A stretch of DNA of 64,000 nucleotides from an uncultured Ruminococcus sp. (GTDB lineage: Bacteria; Bacillota; Clostridia; Oscillospirales; CAG-272). Location of the stretch: positions 3,339-67,338 of the forward strand of contig CAYLLA010000003.1 of NCBI GenBank assembly GCA_964384555.1, in the 5' to 3' direction. Below the pieces are notes generated by a model. That model saw only the letters and a list, made by a program, of their open reading frames with translations, was not told the origin of the DNA and did no database searches. A program made the position numbers and the translations under genes. Below, piece after piece: positions 25,099-34,952 of the stretch (position 1 is the first letter of the stretch; the number at the start of each line of letters is the position of its first letter).

Positions 25099-25980
25099 TC
25101 ATACTTGCCATTTTGACTCTGCTATCAGTTTTGTTATCTCGTCGGCAAGGCGCACAAAATCCGCGGTAGACAGGCGCTCTCCGCGAACATCCGGAGCAAA
25201 GCCGGCGCTCACTACAGCCTCGGCCAGCTTGGCTTTTGTCAGCTCGCCAAACCCTGCCGCCAGGGCATTGGGGAGAGTTTTACGCCTCTGACCAAAGGAT
25301 GCGCGCAGTGTGCGGAAGAATACAGCCTCGTCAAGCGGTCGATATGGCTTTTTATCAAAGAGATCTATCCTCACAACGGTGGAATCCACCTTTGGCGGCG
25401 GCAAAAACTTATCCGCCGTAACATCAAAAAGCTTGTGGACTACGCCAAAATAGCCAAGATACGCGGTAACCGAACCATACTCGGCGGTGCCGGGGGATGC
25501 TACAAGTCTGTCAGCCACCTCTGATTGTATCATTACGGTTATAGACTTAAAGGGCAGAGAACTGTCAAGCAGTGAGAGCAGTATCGGCGTTGTGATGTAA
25601 TACGGGAGGTTAGCGCAGACCGATACGCGGCCGCGTTCAAAGGCAGGGGAGAGCAACTCAACAAGATCCGTCTTCATTATGTCGCCGCACACAAGCTCAA
25701 CATTATTCATGTCCTCAAGCACATATTCAAGCAGGGGTATCAGTCCGCGGTCTATCTCCACGGCAACAACGTTTTTATATCGCAGGGCCAGCTCGCGGGT
25801 CAAGGCACCCGCGCCTGCACCTATCTCAAGAACAGTTTGCGGCTCGCCTGCGCCGCAGGATTCGGCTATCCGCTCCACCGCGCTGTGGTCGGTAAGAAAG
25901 TTTTGCCCCCACTCCTTACGAAAGGTCAAGCCAAAGGTCGCCATAAGCTCCTTAACATACCGAGCATTGCACAGATCCAT
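25099..25980 (-). CDS. rsmA: 16S rRNA (adenine1518/1519-N6)-dimethyltransferase
   Basis: FRKEWGQNFL, EIGAGAGALT (SAM motif) and NLPYYITTPI. Alternative start at 26013. Confidence 0.9.
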   Translation of the reverse strand: MDLCNARYVKELMATFGLTFRKEWGQNFLTDHSAVERIAESCGAGEPQTVLEIGAGAGALTRELALRYKNVVAVEIDRGLIPLLEYVLEDMNNVELVCGDIMKTDLVELLSPAFERGRVSVCANLPYYITTPILLSLLDSSLPFKSITVMIQSEVADRLVASPGTAEYGSVTAYLGYFGVVHKLFDVTADKFLPPPKVDSTVVRIDLFDKKPYRPLDEAVFFRTLRASFGQRRKTLPNALAAGFGELTKAKLAEAVVSAGFAPDVRGERLSTADFVRLADEITKLIAESKWQV

Positions 25981-26198
25981 ATCAAATCTCCATTCCGTCG
26001 CCGGCGGCGACACGTTTGCGGTGCTTACGCGCAGGGTAACGCCTTCTTTCGTTTCATGCGTTATGCGCCGCGCTTGAATACTATAATTTTACCACATATC
26101 CGATAAAAAATCAAGTATCGAGCATCACTTTGATGGATACGTACAAATAATACGCCTCTGTCGAAAAAATATCGGCTATTATTTTTTTGAAAAAGATA

Positions 26199-26227
26199 TT
26201 GCAAAACGCTCGCTTTTGGTGTATAAT
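26199..26227 (+). promoter_or_regulatory. Sigma-70 promoter of the permease gene
   Basis: TTGCAA, 17-nt spacer, TATAAT. Confidence 0.6.
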
Positions 26228-26290
26228 AGCGCGGTATTCGGGGCATCCGCTCTCAACTGTAACGCAAAAACAAAAGGGAGACTGTATTTT

Positions 26291-27442
26291 ATGGTCACAC
26301 ATGTAAAACGCACGCCAAGCACTACCGCTCGGATATTTGACCGCGTGGGTGCGTTTATCAAAAACAACACTGTTCTTTTTATAGCCGCATGCGCGGCACT
26401 GATGACATCGTTTATCATCCCGCCGGATGCCGCGTATCTCGATTATTTCGACCTCAAAACGCTCACCTGCCTTTTTTGCACATTGGCTGTGATCTGCGCA
26501 CTCAAGGATATTAATTTCTTTACCATCATAGCACAAAAGATAATAGCCCTCACCGGGGACATAAGGCGCGCAATAATAGCTATCGTCACCATAACCTTTG
26601 TGGGATCTATGCTTATAGCCAACGATATGGCACTGCTGACATTTTTGCCGCTCGGGTATTATGTTTTAAGATCCTCAGGACAGCAAAAGTACATGATATT
26701 TACATTCGTAATGCAAAATATCGGTGCAAACCTCGGTGGTATGCTTACGCCTTTCGGCAACCCGCAAAACCTTTATCTCTATAATAAATTCAACATCCCA
26801 AGCGGGGAATTTATGCGGATAATGGCCATCCCCTTTGCATCCGCCATAGCCCTGATACTGCTTTGCTGTTTTGCTTTCGTGCGCCGAGAAAAGATAACCG
26901 TCAGCGATGACGCAAAAAAACTCCCGGCGGCAAGAACCGTGATCTATCTTTTGCTGTTTGCGCTGTCAATAGTGATAGTTTTCCGCGTTATCCCTTATTA
27001 TATAGGCCTTATAGTGATCCCCGCAGTACTGCTGTTTATGGACAAACGCGCTCTTGCCCACGTTGATTACGGTCTGCTTTTGACCTTTGTTTGCTTTTTT
27101 ATCTTTTCCGGCAATATGTCAAGAATAGATGCGGTAAATGTGTTCCTTTCCTCGCTCTTGGAGAAAAACACTCTGCTCGTCAGCGCGTTCTCCTGCCAAG
27201 TGATAAGCAACGTACCAACGGCCATATTGCTCTCCGGCTTCACGGATAATTACCGTGCACTGCTTTACGGCGTAAATATCGGCGGCACGGGAACTCTCAT
27301 CGCCTCGCTCGCAAGCCTTATTACCTTCCGCCAGTACAGCGAGCTTAATCCCGGCGGCGGCCGCAGATATCTTTTGTGGTTTACCGGATTTAACGTGGCA
27401 TTTCTCATTATCATGCTCGTTATCTGCACATTTCTTTTATAA
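26291..27442 (+). CDS. ArsB/NhaD-superfamily (citrate-transporter-like) anion permease
   Basis: About 10-11 TM helices. NIGANLGGMLTPFGNPQNL and VNIGGTGTLIASLASL repeat motifs are typical of this superfamily. AAGGGAG RBS precedes the ATG at 26291. Confidence 0.65.
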   Translation: MVTHVKRTPSTTARIFDRVGAFIKNNTVLFIAACAALMTSFIIPPDAAYLDYFDLKTLTCLFCTLAVICALKDINFFTIIAQKIIALTGDIRRAIIAIVTITFVGSMLIANDMALLTFLPLGYYVLRSSGQQKYMIFTFVMQNIGANLGGMLTPFGNPQNLYLYNKFNIPSGEFMRIMAIPFASAIALILLCCFAFVRREKITVSDDAKKLPAARTVIYLLLFALSIVIVFRVIPYYIGLIVIPAVLLFMDKRALAHVDYGLLLTFVCFFIFSGNMSRIDAVNVFLSSLLEKNTLLVSAFSCQVISNVPTAILLSGFTDNYRALLYGVNIGGTGTLIASLASLITFRQYSELNPGGGRRYLLWFTGFNVAFLIIMLVICTFLL

Positions 27443-27490
27443 AATACTCACAAAAATGATTCCCGCGCACTGTGGGGATCATTTTTCGTC

Positions 27491-27519
27491 TTGACAAATA
27501 CCCCGCATGGGTATATAAT
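27491..27519 (+). promoter_or_regulatory. Perfect consensus sigma-70 promoter of csoR-copA
   Basis: TTGACA, 17-nt spacer, TATAAT. Confidence 0.75.
27498..27514. promoter_or_regulatory. Predicted CsoR operator 1 (ATACCC-N5-GGGTAT) inside the promoter spacer
   Basis: ATACCCCGCATGGGTAT inverted repeat, resembling the known GC-rich TACCC...GGGTA CsoR sites. Confidence 0.65.
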
Positions 27520-27531
27520 ATAGGTGCTACA

Positions 27532-27548
27532 ATACCCATACCGGGTAT
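27532..27548. promoter_or_regulatory. Predicted CsoR operator 2 (ATACCC-N5-GGGTAT) just downstream of the -10
   Basis: ATACCCATACCGGGTAT, with the same half-sites and spacing as operator 1. Confidence 0.65.
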
Positions 27549-27565
27549 ATTACGGAGGTAGACAA

Positions 27566-27874
27566 ATGCCAAACAAAAAGCAATGCTGTTGCTCACAGCG
27601 CAAAAAGGAGCGTACACCCGAAGAATACAAAAAGCTCATAAACAGGCTTAACCGAATAGAGGGGCAGATACGCGGCATCCGCGGAATGGTGGAGAATGGC
27701 GCCTACTGCCCGGACATACTTGTACAATCAGCGGCAGTAAACGCTGCGGTGAACTCGTTTAACCGCGAGCTACTCTCAAGCCACATAAGGACCTGTGTAG
27801 CAAACGACATCCGCGACGGCAACGACGAAGTTATCGACGAGCTGCTTGGTACACTGCAAAAATTAATGAGATAA
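27566..27874 (+). CDS. csoR: CsoR-family copper-sensing transcriptional repressor
   Basis: LINRLNRIEGQIRGIRGMVENGAYCPDILVQSAAV plus the HxxxC region (SSHIRTCV). GGAGG RBS precedes the ATG at 27566. Confidence 0.9.
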   Translation: MPNKKQCCCSQRKKERTPEEYKKLINRLNRIEGQIRGIRGMVENGAYCPDILVQSAAVNAAVNSFNRELLSSHIRTCVANDIRDGNDEVIDELLGTLQKLMR

Positions 27875-27950
27875 TAATGCATAAAGCTTTATTTGAGCAT
27901 AATAAAAGCAAAAAATAGATCCGATCATAACAGAAAGAGGTCAAAGCATA

Positions 27951-30491
27951 ATGCAACGATACGATGTCAGCGGCATGAGCTGTGCCGCGTGCGCGGCAAG
28001 AGTTGAGCGTGCCGTGAATTCGGTCAGCGGGGTGAAATCCTGCGCCGTAAATCTGCTTACAAATTCAATGGGGGTTGAGGGCGATGCAGACCCGAGTGCC
28101 GTCATAGCGGCAGTGGTGTCCGCAGGATACGGCGCCGCTTTGAAGGACGGTATGCCCGCCGTCAGCCAAAACAGCAAAAATACAGGGGGAGAGGATGCAC
28201 TGCGCGATACCGAAACGCCAAAGCTTTTGCACAGACTTATCATCTCCGCGGTCTTTTTGCTTGTACTCATGTATTTTTCAATGGGATACATGATGTGGGG
28301 TTGGCCGTTGCCGTCATTTTTTAAAAACAATCACGTAGCCGTGGGGCTTGTACAGCTTTTGCTGGCGGCGATAATAATGGTAATAAATCAGCGCTTTTTT
28401 ATAAGCGGATACAAAAGCCTGTTGTATCGCGCCCCAAACATGGACACCCTTGTAGCGCTTGGCTCCACAGCGGCATTCATCTACAGCACCTACGCGCTCT
28501 TTGCAATGACAGGTGCAGTCTCCGCCGGTGACCACGAGGCCGCAATGAGCTATATGATGGATATGTATTTTGAATCCGCCGCAATGATACTCACGCTCAT
28601 CACCGTAGGCAAAACGCTCGAGGCACATTCAAAAGGCAAGACCACCAATGCACTGCGAAGCCTGATGAAGCTTGCGCCGCAGACCGCCACACTGCTGCGT
28701 GACGGCGGCGAGGTCACGGTTCCGATCTCTGAGGTGAAGAGCGGCGATATATTCGTGGTGCGCGCCGGAGAGAGCATACCCACGGACGGAATAGTTATCG
28801 ATGGCGAGAGCGCTGTAAACGAGTCGGCACTAACGGGCGAGAGCATTCCGGTAGACAAAGCCCCCGGCGACAGTGTTTCTGCGGCTACCATCAACGCCCA
28901 AGGCTTTTTGACCTGTCAAGCCACGAGAGTAGGCGAGGACACAACACTTTCACAGATAATAAGAATGGTCAGCGATGCGGCCGCAACAAAAGCACCGATC
29001 GCCAAGATCGCGGATAAAGTATCCGGCGTTTTTGTGCCTATCGTAATGTCTATAGCTGCGCTGACCACCATAGTGTGGTTGCTGTTGGGGCGCGAATTCG
29101 GATATTCGCTCGCTCGCAGCATTTCGGTCCTTGTTATCAGCTGCCCATGCGCACTTGGGCTTGCTACACCCGTTGCCGTAATGGTAGGCAACGGACTGGG
29201 CGCCAAAAACGGCATTTTGTTCAAAACAGCGGCCGCGCTTGAGGAGACAGGACGTGTATCTATCGTTGCACTTGATAAAACAGGCACGATCACCGCAGGT
29301 GAGCCGATGGTGACAGATATGATCCCCGCCGATGGCTATGATGAACGGTCGCTCATGGCGCTTGCTGTCACGCTTGAGAAAAAAAGTGAGCATCCGCTTG
29401 CCGCCGCAGTATTAAAAAAGGCCGAGGAGCTTGGCATCTCGTCGGGCGAGGCGCGCGATTTTAGGGCGCTGCCCGGCAACGGTCTGACAGCAACTGTGGA
29501 TGGCGGCAATGCCTTTGGCGGCAGTGCGCGTTACGCCGCAGAGCTTGTTGAGATCCCCGCCAACATTCGCGAGCGCGAGGCGACACTGGCGGCGGCGGGG
29601 AAGACACCGCTCTATTTCGGCATCAACGGCAAGCTTGCGGGCGTTATCGCTGTCGCAGACGTTATAAAAGAGGACAGCCCCCGCGCCGTCCGTGAGCTTA
29701 GGGCAATGGGGGTTGAGGTTGTAATGCTGACAGGCGATAACGAGCGCACTGCAAAGGCCATAGGGGCCGAGGCGGGTGTTGACAGTGTTATAGCGGGCGT
29801 GCTCCCCGACGGCAAGGAGGAGGAGATACGCAAACTTCGGTCGCGCGGCAAGGTCGCAATGGTCGGCGACGGCATCAATGATGCACCCGCGCTAACACGA
29901 GCCGATATCGGCATAGCCATAGGTGCGGGAGCTGATGTTGCCATAGATGCGGCAGATGTTGTGCTTATGAACAGTCGCCTCTCCGATGTTCCCGCCGCCA
30001 TACGGCTCAGCCGTGCCGCACTGCGGAATATACACGAAAATCTGTTTTGGGCTTTCTTTTATAATGCTATCGGTATTCCGCTTGCTGCGGGTGTCTTAAT
30101 ACCGCTCGGCATCACGCTTGACCCGATGTTTGGCGCGGCAGCTATGAGCCTATCAAGCTTTTGTGTGGTCTCAAATGCCCTGAGGCTGAATCTGTTTAAT
30201 ATTCACGATGCAAGGCATGATCATAAGCGCAGTCGCCGCAAAGCAGTCAATTCAACAGCCAATGACGGAGCGGAGATCATCAAAACGCTACGTGTTGAGG
30301 GCATGATGTGCTCACACTGCGAGGGAACGGTAAAAGCCGCACTTGAAGCGCTGGAGGAAGTGGAGGCCGCCACGGCTGACCACGAGAGCGGACTGGTACG
30401 AGTCACGCTCTCTCCCGAGTGCCGAGTATCCGATCGCACCCTTAAACGTGCGGTAACAGCCAAGGGGTATAAGGTAAAAGGGATAGAATGA
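27951..30491 (+). CDS. copA: Copper-translocating P1B-type ATPase with N- and C-terminal HMA domains
   Basis: N-terminal GMSCAACAARVE, TGES, CPC (SCPCALGLATP), DKTGTIT, GDGINDAP, and a second HMA domain at the C-terminus (GMMCSHCEGTVKAALE). Confidence 0.95.
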   Translation: MQRYDVSGMSCAACAARVERAVNSVSGVKSCAVNLLTNSMGVEGDADPSAVIAAVVSAGYGAALKDGMPAVSQNSKNTGGEDALRDTETPKLLHRLIISAVFLLVLMYFSMGYMMWGWPLPSFFKNNHVAVGLVQLLLAAIIMVINQRFFISGYKSLLYRAPNMDTLVALGSTAAFIYSTYALFAMTGAVSAGDHEAAMSYMMDMYFESAAMILTLITVGKTLEAHSKGKTTNALRSLMKLAPQTATLLRDGGEVTVPISEVKSGDIFVVRAGESIPTDGIVIDGESAVNESALTGESIPVDKAPGDSVSAATINAQGFLTCQATRVGEDTTLSQIIRMVSDAAATKAPIAKIADKVSGVFVPIVMSIAALTTIVWLLLGREFGYSLARSISVLVISCPCALGLATPVAVMVGNGLGAKNGILFKTAAALEETGRVSIVALDKTGTITAGEPMVTDMIPADGYDERSLMALAVTLEKKSEHPLAAAVLKKAEELGISSGEARDFRALPGNGLTATVDGGNAFGGSARYAAELVEIPANIREREATLAAAGKTPLYFGINGKLAGVIAVADVIKEDSPRAVRELRAMGVEVVMLTGDNERTAKAIGAEAGVDSVIAGVLPDGKEEEIRKLRSRGKVAMVGDGINDAPALTRADIGIAIGAGADVAIDAADVVLMNSRLSDVPAAIRLSRAALRNIHENLFWAFFYNAIGIPLAAGVLIPLGITLDPMFGAAAMSLSSFCVVSNALRLNLFNIHDARHDHKRSRRKAVNSTANDGAEIIKTLRVEGMMCSHCEGTVKAALEALEEVEAATADHESGLVRVTLSPECRVSDRTLKRAVTAKGYKVKGIE

Positions 30492-30510
30492 TACTGCCCG
30501 CTTACAAATA

Positions 30511-30556
30511 ATAAATCGCGCGGAGTCGGCACACCGACTCCGCGCGATTTATTTAT
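30511..30556. terminator. Bidirectional terminator between convergent copA and the TauE-like gene
   Basis: 17-bp stem AAATCGCGCGGAGTCGG / CCGACTCCGCGCGATTT with flanking A/T runs. Confidence 0.85.
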
Positions 30557-30577
30557 TGGATCTTTAGTATCGAGAAA

Positions 30578-31345
30578 TCAAAACAAATGCTCCACGGCCA
30601 GTATAACAACACCCAAGATCACAAGTATAGCGCCTGTTATGCGGTTTAGTGTTTTAGGAGCGGATCTGTTTGCTATCTGTGCCGCAAGCTGTGCAAAAAG
30701 CAGGGTACTGATAACGCAAACGATAAGTGCGGTGATATCGGGCATTCCGCCTATGGCGAAATGACTTACCGAGCCGGTAAACGCCGTAGCACTCATTATA
30801 AACACGCTCGTTCCCACTGCCGTTTTAAGTTCATATCCAAGCACGGAGGTAAGCACCAAAAGCATCATCATGCCTCCGCCCGCGCCAACAAAACCGCAAA
30901 TAAAGCCTACCAGCGCACCGCAAATTATCGATTTGACGGCTCTTTGGCGGGGTGTTGACTCACTAAGACTGCGTTTAGGCTCCATCACCGGCTTTACAAT
31001 AAACTTTATACCAAGCAGAAGAGTCATAAAGACCGAAAAACTGCCCATTGTTGATTTTGGTACTACGCTTGCAACATAACTTCCGACGGTCGTAAAGCAA
31101 AGCACCGATACCATCATTATAATGCCGTTTTTTATATCAAGATTTTTATTTTTGCCGTATGTCACAGCCGATGCCGCACTGGCAAGCACGTCACTTGCAA
31201 GTGCTATGCCGACCGCCATATAGGGGTCCATATCAAGAAAGGTCATCAGCATTGGGCTTATTACCGCCGCGGCACTCATGCCCGCAAAGCCGGTGCCAAG
31301 CCCCGCGCCTATACCCGCGATGATACATACGATTATTTTAAGCAT
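30578..31345 (-). CDS. TauE/SafE-family sulfite (anion) exporter
   Basis: 255 aa, about 8 TM helices, with duplicated GxGAGxGxGFxG-type motifs (GIGAGLGTGFAG, GFVGAGGGMMM). Confidence 0.75.
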   Translation of the reverse strand: MLKIIVCIIAGIGAGLGTGFAGMSAAAVISPMLMTFLDMDPYMAVGIALASDVLASAASAVTYGKNKNLDIKNGIIMMVSVLCFTTVGSYVASVVPKSTMGSFSVFMTLLLGIKFIVKPVMEPKRSLSESTPRQRAVKSIICGALVGFICGFVGAGGGMMMLLVLTSVLGYELKTAVGTSVFIMSATAFTGSVSHFAIGGMPDITALIVCVISTLLFAQLAAQIANRSAPKTLNRITGAILVILGVVILAVEHLF

Positions 31346-31360
31346 TCTTTTTTATTCTCC

Positions 31361-31810
31361 TTATTTGTTCGCTTCATTTGATTCAAAATCCAAGATGTTT
31401 CTCTCAAGCTTGCGGTGGATGCTGTCCAGCACCAAAAGCTCCTCGTCGCTTATACCGCGTCGCAACACGCCGGCAAATGATGCCTGCATGGCACGTCCCT
31501 CATCTATGAGCGGCTCCGCACACGGCGTTGGCACAAGCCTGTGTATCCTGCGGTCGTCCGCATCATTTTGCCGCTCCATAAGCCCCGCACCTATCAGCGT
31601 TTCAACAGCTACGGATGCTATACCGCTCTTTATTCCGCGCACAGCGCATATATCCCGCGCGGTGTTGTATTCGGGATTGTTTGCGCAAAACATCAAAACG
31701 TCAAAGCAGGTCTGATTTATGCCATACCTGCGGCAGATAGGCTCGCAAAGTCCCGCATAAAAATTAGCAAGCTTTTTGCCCATCGATATCATAGCAATAC
31801 CCGACATCAT
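31361..31810 (-). CDS. MarR-family transcriptional regulator
   Basis: 149 aa. Winged helix-turn-helix region DICAVRGIKSGIASVAVETLIGAGLMERQNDADDRRIHRLVPT. Confidence 0.8.
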   Translation of the reverse strand: MMSGIAMISMGKKLANFYAGLCEPICRRYGINQTCFDVLMFCANNPEYNTARDICAVRGIKSGIASVAVETLIGAGLMERQNDADDRRIHRLVPTPCAEPLIDEGRAMQASFAGVLRRGISDEELLVLDSIHRKLERNILDFESNEANK

Positions 31811-31904
31811 TTCATAACTCAGCTCCTTTTTGTTCTAATTTTAGAATATCTAATATTATATCACATGTCGTTTATCTTGTCAAGTATTTTGCTGTTTTGA
31901 TACA

Positions 31905-31942
31905 AAAAGACCGCCCGAACGTTTCCGTCCGAGCGGTCTTTT
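31905..31942 (-). terminator. Intrinsic terminator after the ABC/DUF1854 operon
   Basis: On the minus strand, GACCGCTCGGACG-GAAA-CGTTCGGGCGGTC followed by TTTTTG. Confidence 0.7.
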
Positions 31943-31960
31943 AATTAAATAGTTAATATA

Positions 31961-32458
31961 TCAAAGAAAACTGGAGATCAATATCCAGCTCTTGCGGTCA
32001 AGTGCCGCAAGGCTTTCTATCTCGTATCTGTTATCGCTTGAATCGCGAATGATAACACGATCCTCCGGGTAGATCTTCATGTCGCTGTGACGGTTTCTGA
32101 TGCGGAATTCCGCGCGACCGTGGTCGGTATCTACCTTCATGACGAGTGCGCCCGTCGAATCCGAGCATTCATATATCTTTGTTATCTTCGGGATGAGATA
32201 ATAATCATTAAAGCAAGCTTTGACCGCCGCCGCGGACTCGGGCGTGAGATCGTCATAACTGCGTATCATGGCTATCTGCTTTTCATCCTTATCGATAAGA
32301 GATATGTAATGGTCGCGATCCGAAACAGGGAAGAGACGGCGCAGCTCGACTTCGTTATATTCGGTGCCGTCGCCAAGTTTCAGTGAAACATTAAATACAT
32401 CGGTAAGACGTATCGTTGCCGTCTTATCAAGAAATGTCATTGCCATATCAAACTCCAT
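31961..32458 (-). CDS. DUF1854-like protein
   Basis: 165 aa. LFPVSD...YISLIDKDEKQIAMIRSYDDL...YLIPKITKIY...IRDSSDNRYEIESLAALDRKS matches my recollection of DUF1854 proteins, which follow ABC exporter genes. Assignment is from memory. Confidence 0.55.
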   Translation of the reverse strand: MEFDMAMTFLDKTATIRLTDVFNVSLKLGDGTEYNEVELRRLFPVSDRDHYISLIDKDEKQIAMIRSYDDLTPESAAAVKACFNDYYLIPKITKIYECSDSTGALVMKVDTDHGRAEFRIRNRHSDMKIYPEDRVIIRDSSDNRYEIESLAALDRKSWILISSFL

Positions 32459-32520
32459 TCCGCCGCTGTGGGCGATGATGTGATCTAAACTTATAGGTTG
32501 CCGTCGTAGCCGTATCTGTA

Positions 32521-34776
32521 TTATTCAAAACGGCTCTCGGCCTTGGCACGTGTCAGCTTGTCCGACATAGACTGTATCTCTACCAAGCGATAATACTTGC
32601 CCTTTGCCGCCAAAAGCTCCTCGGGCGTGCCGCATTCGATTATCTCACCGTTATCAACAACAACTATCTTGTTGGCCTTGCTCAGCGTGGAGAGACGGTG
32701 CGCTATCATTATGGTCGTCCGACCGGATATCATCCGCTCGATGGCCTCCTGTATCAGGTGTTCGGTCTCCGAGTCAACGGATGCCGTCGCTTCGTCAAAT
32801 ACCAAAATACTGGGGTTTTTAAGCATCGCGCGGGCGATGGAAACACGCTGACGCTCGCCTCCCGAAAGGCCGACTCCGCGCTCGCCGAGCACTGCATCAT
32901 AGCCATCAGGCTGTCTTACTATAAACTCGTGCGCGTTGGCGACATCCGCCGCCTGCAGCACGCGCTCGACCGAGCAATTTTCAATTCCGTATGCGATATT
33001 ATTAAATATCGTATCATGGAACATCAGTGGCTCCTGCTGTACAAAACCTATCTGACTGCGATAATACTGCATGTCTATATCTTTAATATTGACATCGTCC
33101 ACCAATATATCGCCGTCATAATGGTCGTAGTACCGCATAAACAGGTTGATGAGCGTGGATTTACCCGAACCTGTCGTTCCGACAATACCCACAATATCTC
33201 CAGGCTCTATGGTCAGATTTATGTTTTTAAGCGTCTTTTTGGTGCGGTCAAAGGAAAAGCTTACATTTTTAAATTCTATCTTACCACGCATCTCGGGCAG
33301 GACATTGCCCTTGCCGAAGTTGTGCTCCGGCTCGGCATCAAGGATATCAAGTATCCTCTCCGCGGAGGCAAGTGCGGATTGATAGGAATCGTTAAGGTTG
33401 GCAAAGAAGTTCACGGGGCCGTAGAACATCGATGCATAGGATATAAAGGACACCAAAAGTCCCGTTGTCAGATCGCCCGAACCGTTTATTACCATCTGTC
33501 CGCCGAACGCCCAGATCATTACAGAACCAATGCTGATGAGCGTATTGACAGCAGCGGGGAAGATGTTGAGTATTGCTGAAGCTTGGGCATCTGTCTCATA
33601 CCAATCGCTGTTGGCCTTTTTGAAGCGATCGGTGGTACCCTCCTCGTTTGTAAAGGACTTTACAACACGGATACCCGGGATGGTATCCGTAAGCACCGAG
33701 GATACAGCCGTCCAGCGCCGCCATATACGCAGGTAAAATGGGCGTATCTTTTGGCCGAATATCCTCGCTCCGATAACAACGAGCGGGACGGGAATCAGAG
33801 AAAGCAGGGTGAGCTTGGGGTTCATGACAAGCATAACGACAATTATACCTATCATTTTAAAGAACTCAACGACTACTTCCTGCGTAATGCGCAACATAAA
33901 GGCGCGCAGAGTGTTACTGTCCCCGCTTATACGGTTGATGACAGCACCTGTGGAGGTTTTATCATAAAATCGCATTGGCAGGTACTGCGCTTTTTCGTAA
34001 ACATCGTTTCTCAGCGACATAACTATCCTGTCGCCGGATTTACGAAGCACCGTGCCGCGCACAGCGCCAATGGCGTGAGTTAAAAAATGCAAAAACACAA
34101 GACCAAATGCTACAAACAAAAGCTTTTGGGCATTTTTATTCGGTAGGATATCATCCACCAAGCTTTTGGTAAGCAGTGGCGGAACAAGGGAGAGAGCTGT
34201 CGAGGCAACAGCCAAAATAATTGAAAATATCAGCTGTCGCCATTCGGGAACAAGATACTTGCCGAGCTTTGCCACTACCTTCTTTTTGCTGGCACAATGG
34301 ATGCAATCAGCCCCGGGAGAGGAGAGAGCGCGGCCGCATTTGGGACATACCGAAAGCTGTTTTTTGTAAACTGCCTCCATGCAGTCATAGGCCTCATCGA
34401 TATCCTCACCTTGAGATACCGATACCAAGAAGTTGGCTGCCGCCTCACAAAGAGCGTTAACGCTAAAGGTATAACGGAAGATGTTTACCGTCTCACCGCT
34501 CTTTAGCGTCAGTCGCAGGATGGCATTACCGTACATTCGCTTGTTTTGGGCAGATTCGATATCCTTTATTTCGACCGATCTGCCAAAATGATCACTGTCA
34601 AGCTCATAAGTATCGATCCTGTCATCACTTACAAGCAAAACACTGCGGCAATATTCCGATTTAACGGATATATCACCTACAATGGCAAAGAGATAGGGGT
34701 GCGCGGGGTCTTCGCGGGAGAGAAGCTTTTTCATTTCCTCGTCGCCAAGGACCGAGTTGATCAAGAGTTCTTTCAT
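32521..34776 (-). CDS. ABC exporter (fused TMD-NBD) with an N-terminal cytoplasmic extension of about 170 aa carrying a 4-Cys zinc-ribbon motif
   Basis: Six-TM exporter domain, Walker A GTTGSGKST, LSGGERQR and ILVFDEATS. The N-terminus has CPKC-x10-CIHC. No good RBS at the annotated ATG. Confidence 0.9.
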   Translation of the reverse strand: MKELLINSVLGDEEMKKLLSREDPAHPYLFAIVGDISVKSEYCRSVLLVSDDRIDTYELDSDHFGRSVEIKDIESAQNKRMYGNAILRLTLKSGETVNIFRYTFSVNALCEAAANFLVSVSQGEDIDEAYDCMEAVYKKQLSVCPKCGRALSSPGADCIHCASKKKVVAKLGKYLVPEWRQLIFSIILAVASTALSLVPPLLTKSLVDDILPNKNAQKLLFVAFGLVFLHFLTHAIGAVRGTVLRKSGDRIVMSLRNDVYEKAQYLPMRFYDKTSTGAVINRISGDSNTLRAFMLRITQEVVVEFFKMIGIIVVMLVMNPKLTLLSLIPVPLVVIGARIFGQKIRPFYLRIWRRWTAVSSVLTDTIPGIRVVKSFTNEEGTTDRFKKANSDWYETDAQASAILNIFPAAVNTLISIGSVMIWAFGGQMVINGSGDLTTGLLVSFISYASMFYGPVNFFANLNDSYQSALASAERILDILDAEPEHNFGKGNVLPEMRGKIEFKNVSFSFDRTKKTLKNINLTIEPGDIVGIVGTTGSGKSTLINLFMRYYDHYDGDILVDDVNIKDIDMQYYRSQIGFVQQEPLMFHDTIFNNIAYGIENCSVERVLQAADVANAHEFIVRQPDGYDAVLGERGVGLSGGERQRVSIARAMLKNPSILVFDEATASVDSETEHLIQEAIERMISGRTTIMIAHRLSTLSKANKIVVVDNGEIIECGTPEELLAAKGKYYRLVEIQSMSDKLTRAKAESRFE

Positions 34777-34952
34777 AGCTCTGTTTTACGGCACGCCGTG
34801 CTGTCAGGCGCGGTCGGGTGCCGGTGGGAGGCCTTGCCGCACTAAAATAGTTACCAAAGTTCGCCGTTATCCTTCATGCGCTTTGGTGTTTTAGCTTATG
34901 GGTCGATTGCGGTGGCATTTTGGATAGATGACCGCAAGACGATCATCAACTA

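Noticed and set aside
34922-34933. The 12-mer GGATAGATGACC is shared between the ABC/DUF1854 leader (34922) and the large spacer (59428).
   Set aside because: A rough count gives hundreds of chance 12-mer coincidences in a 64-kb two-strand self-comparison. The flanking sequence shows no further similarity.
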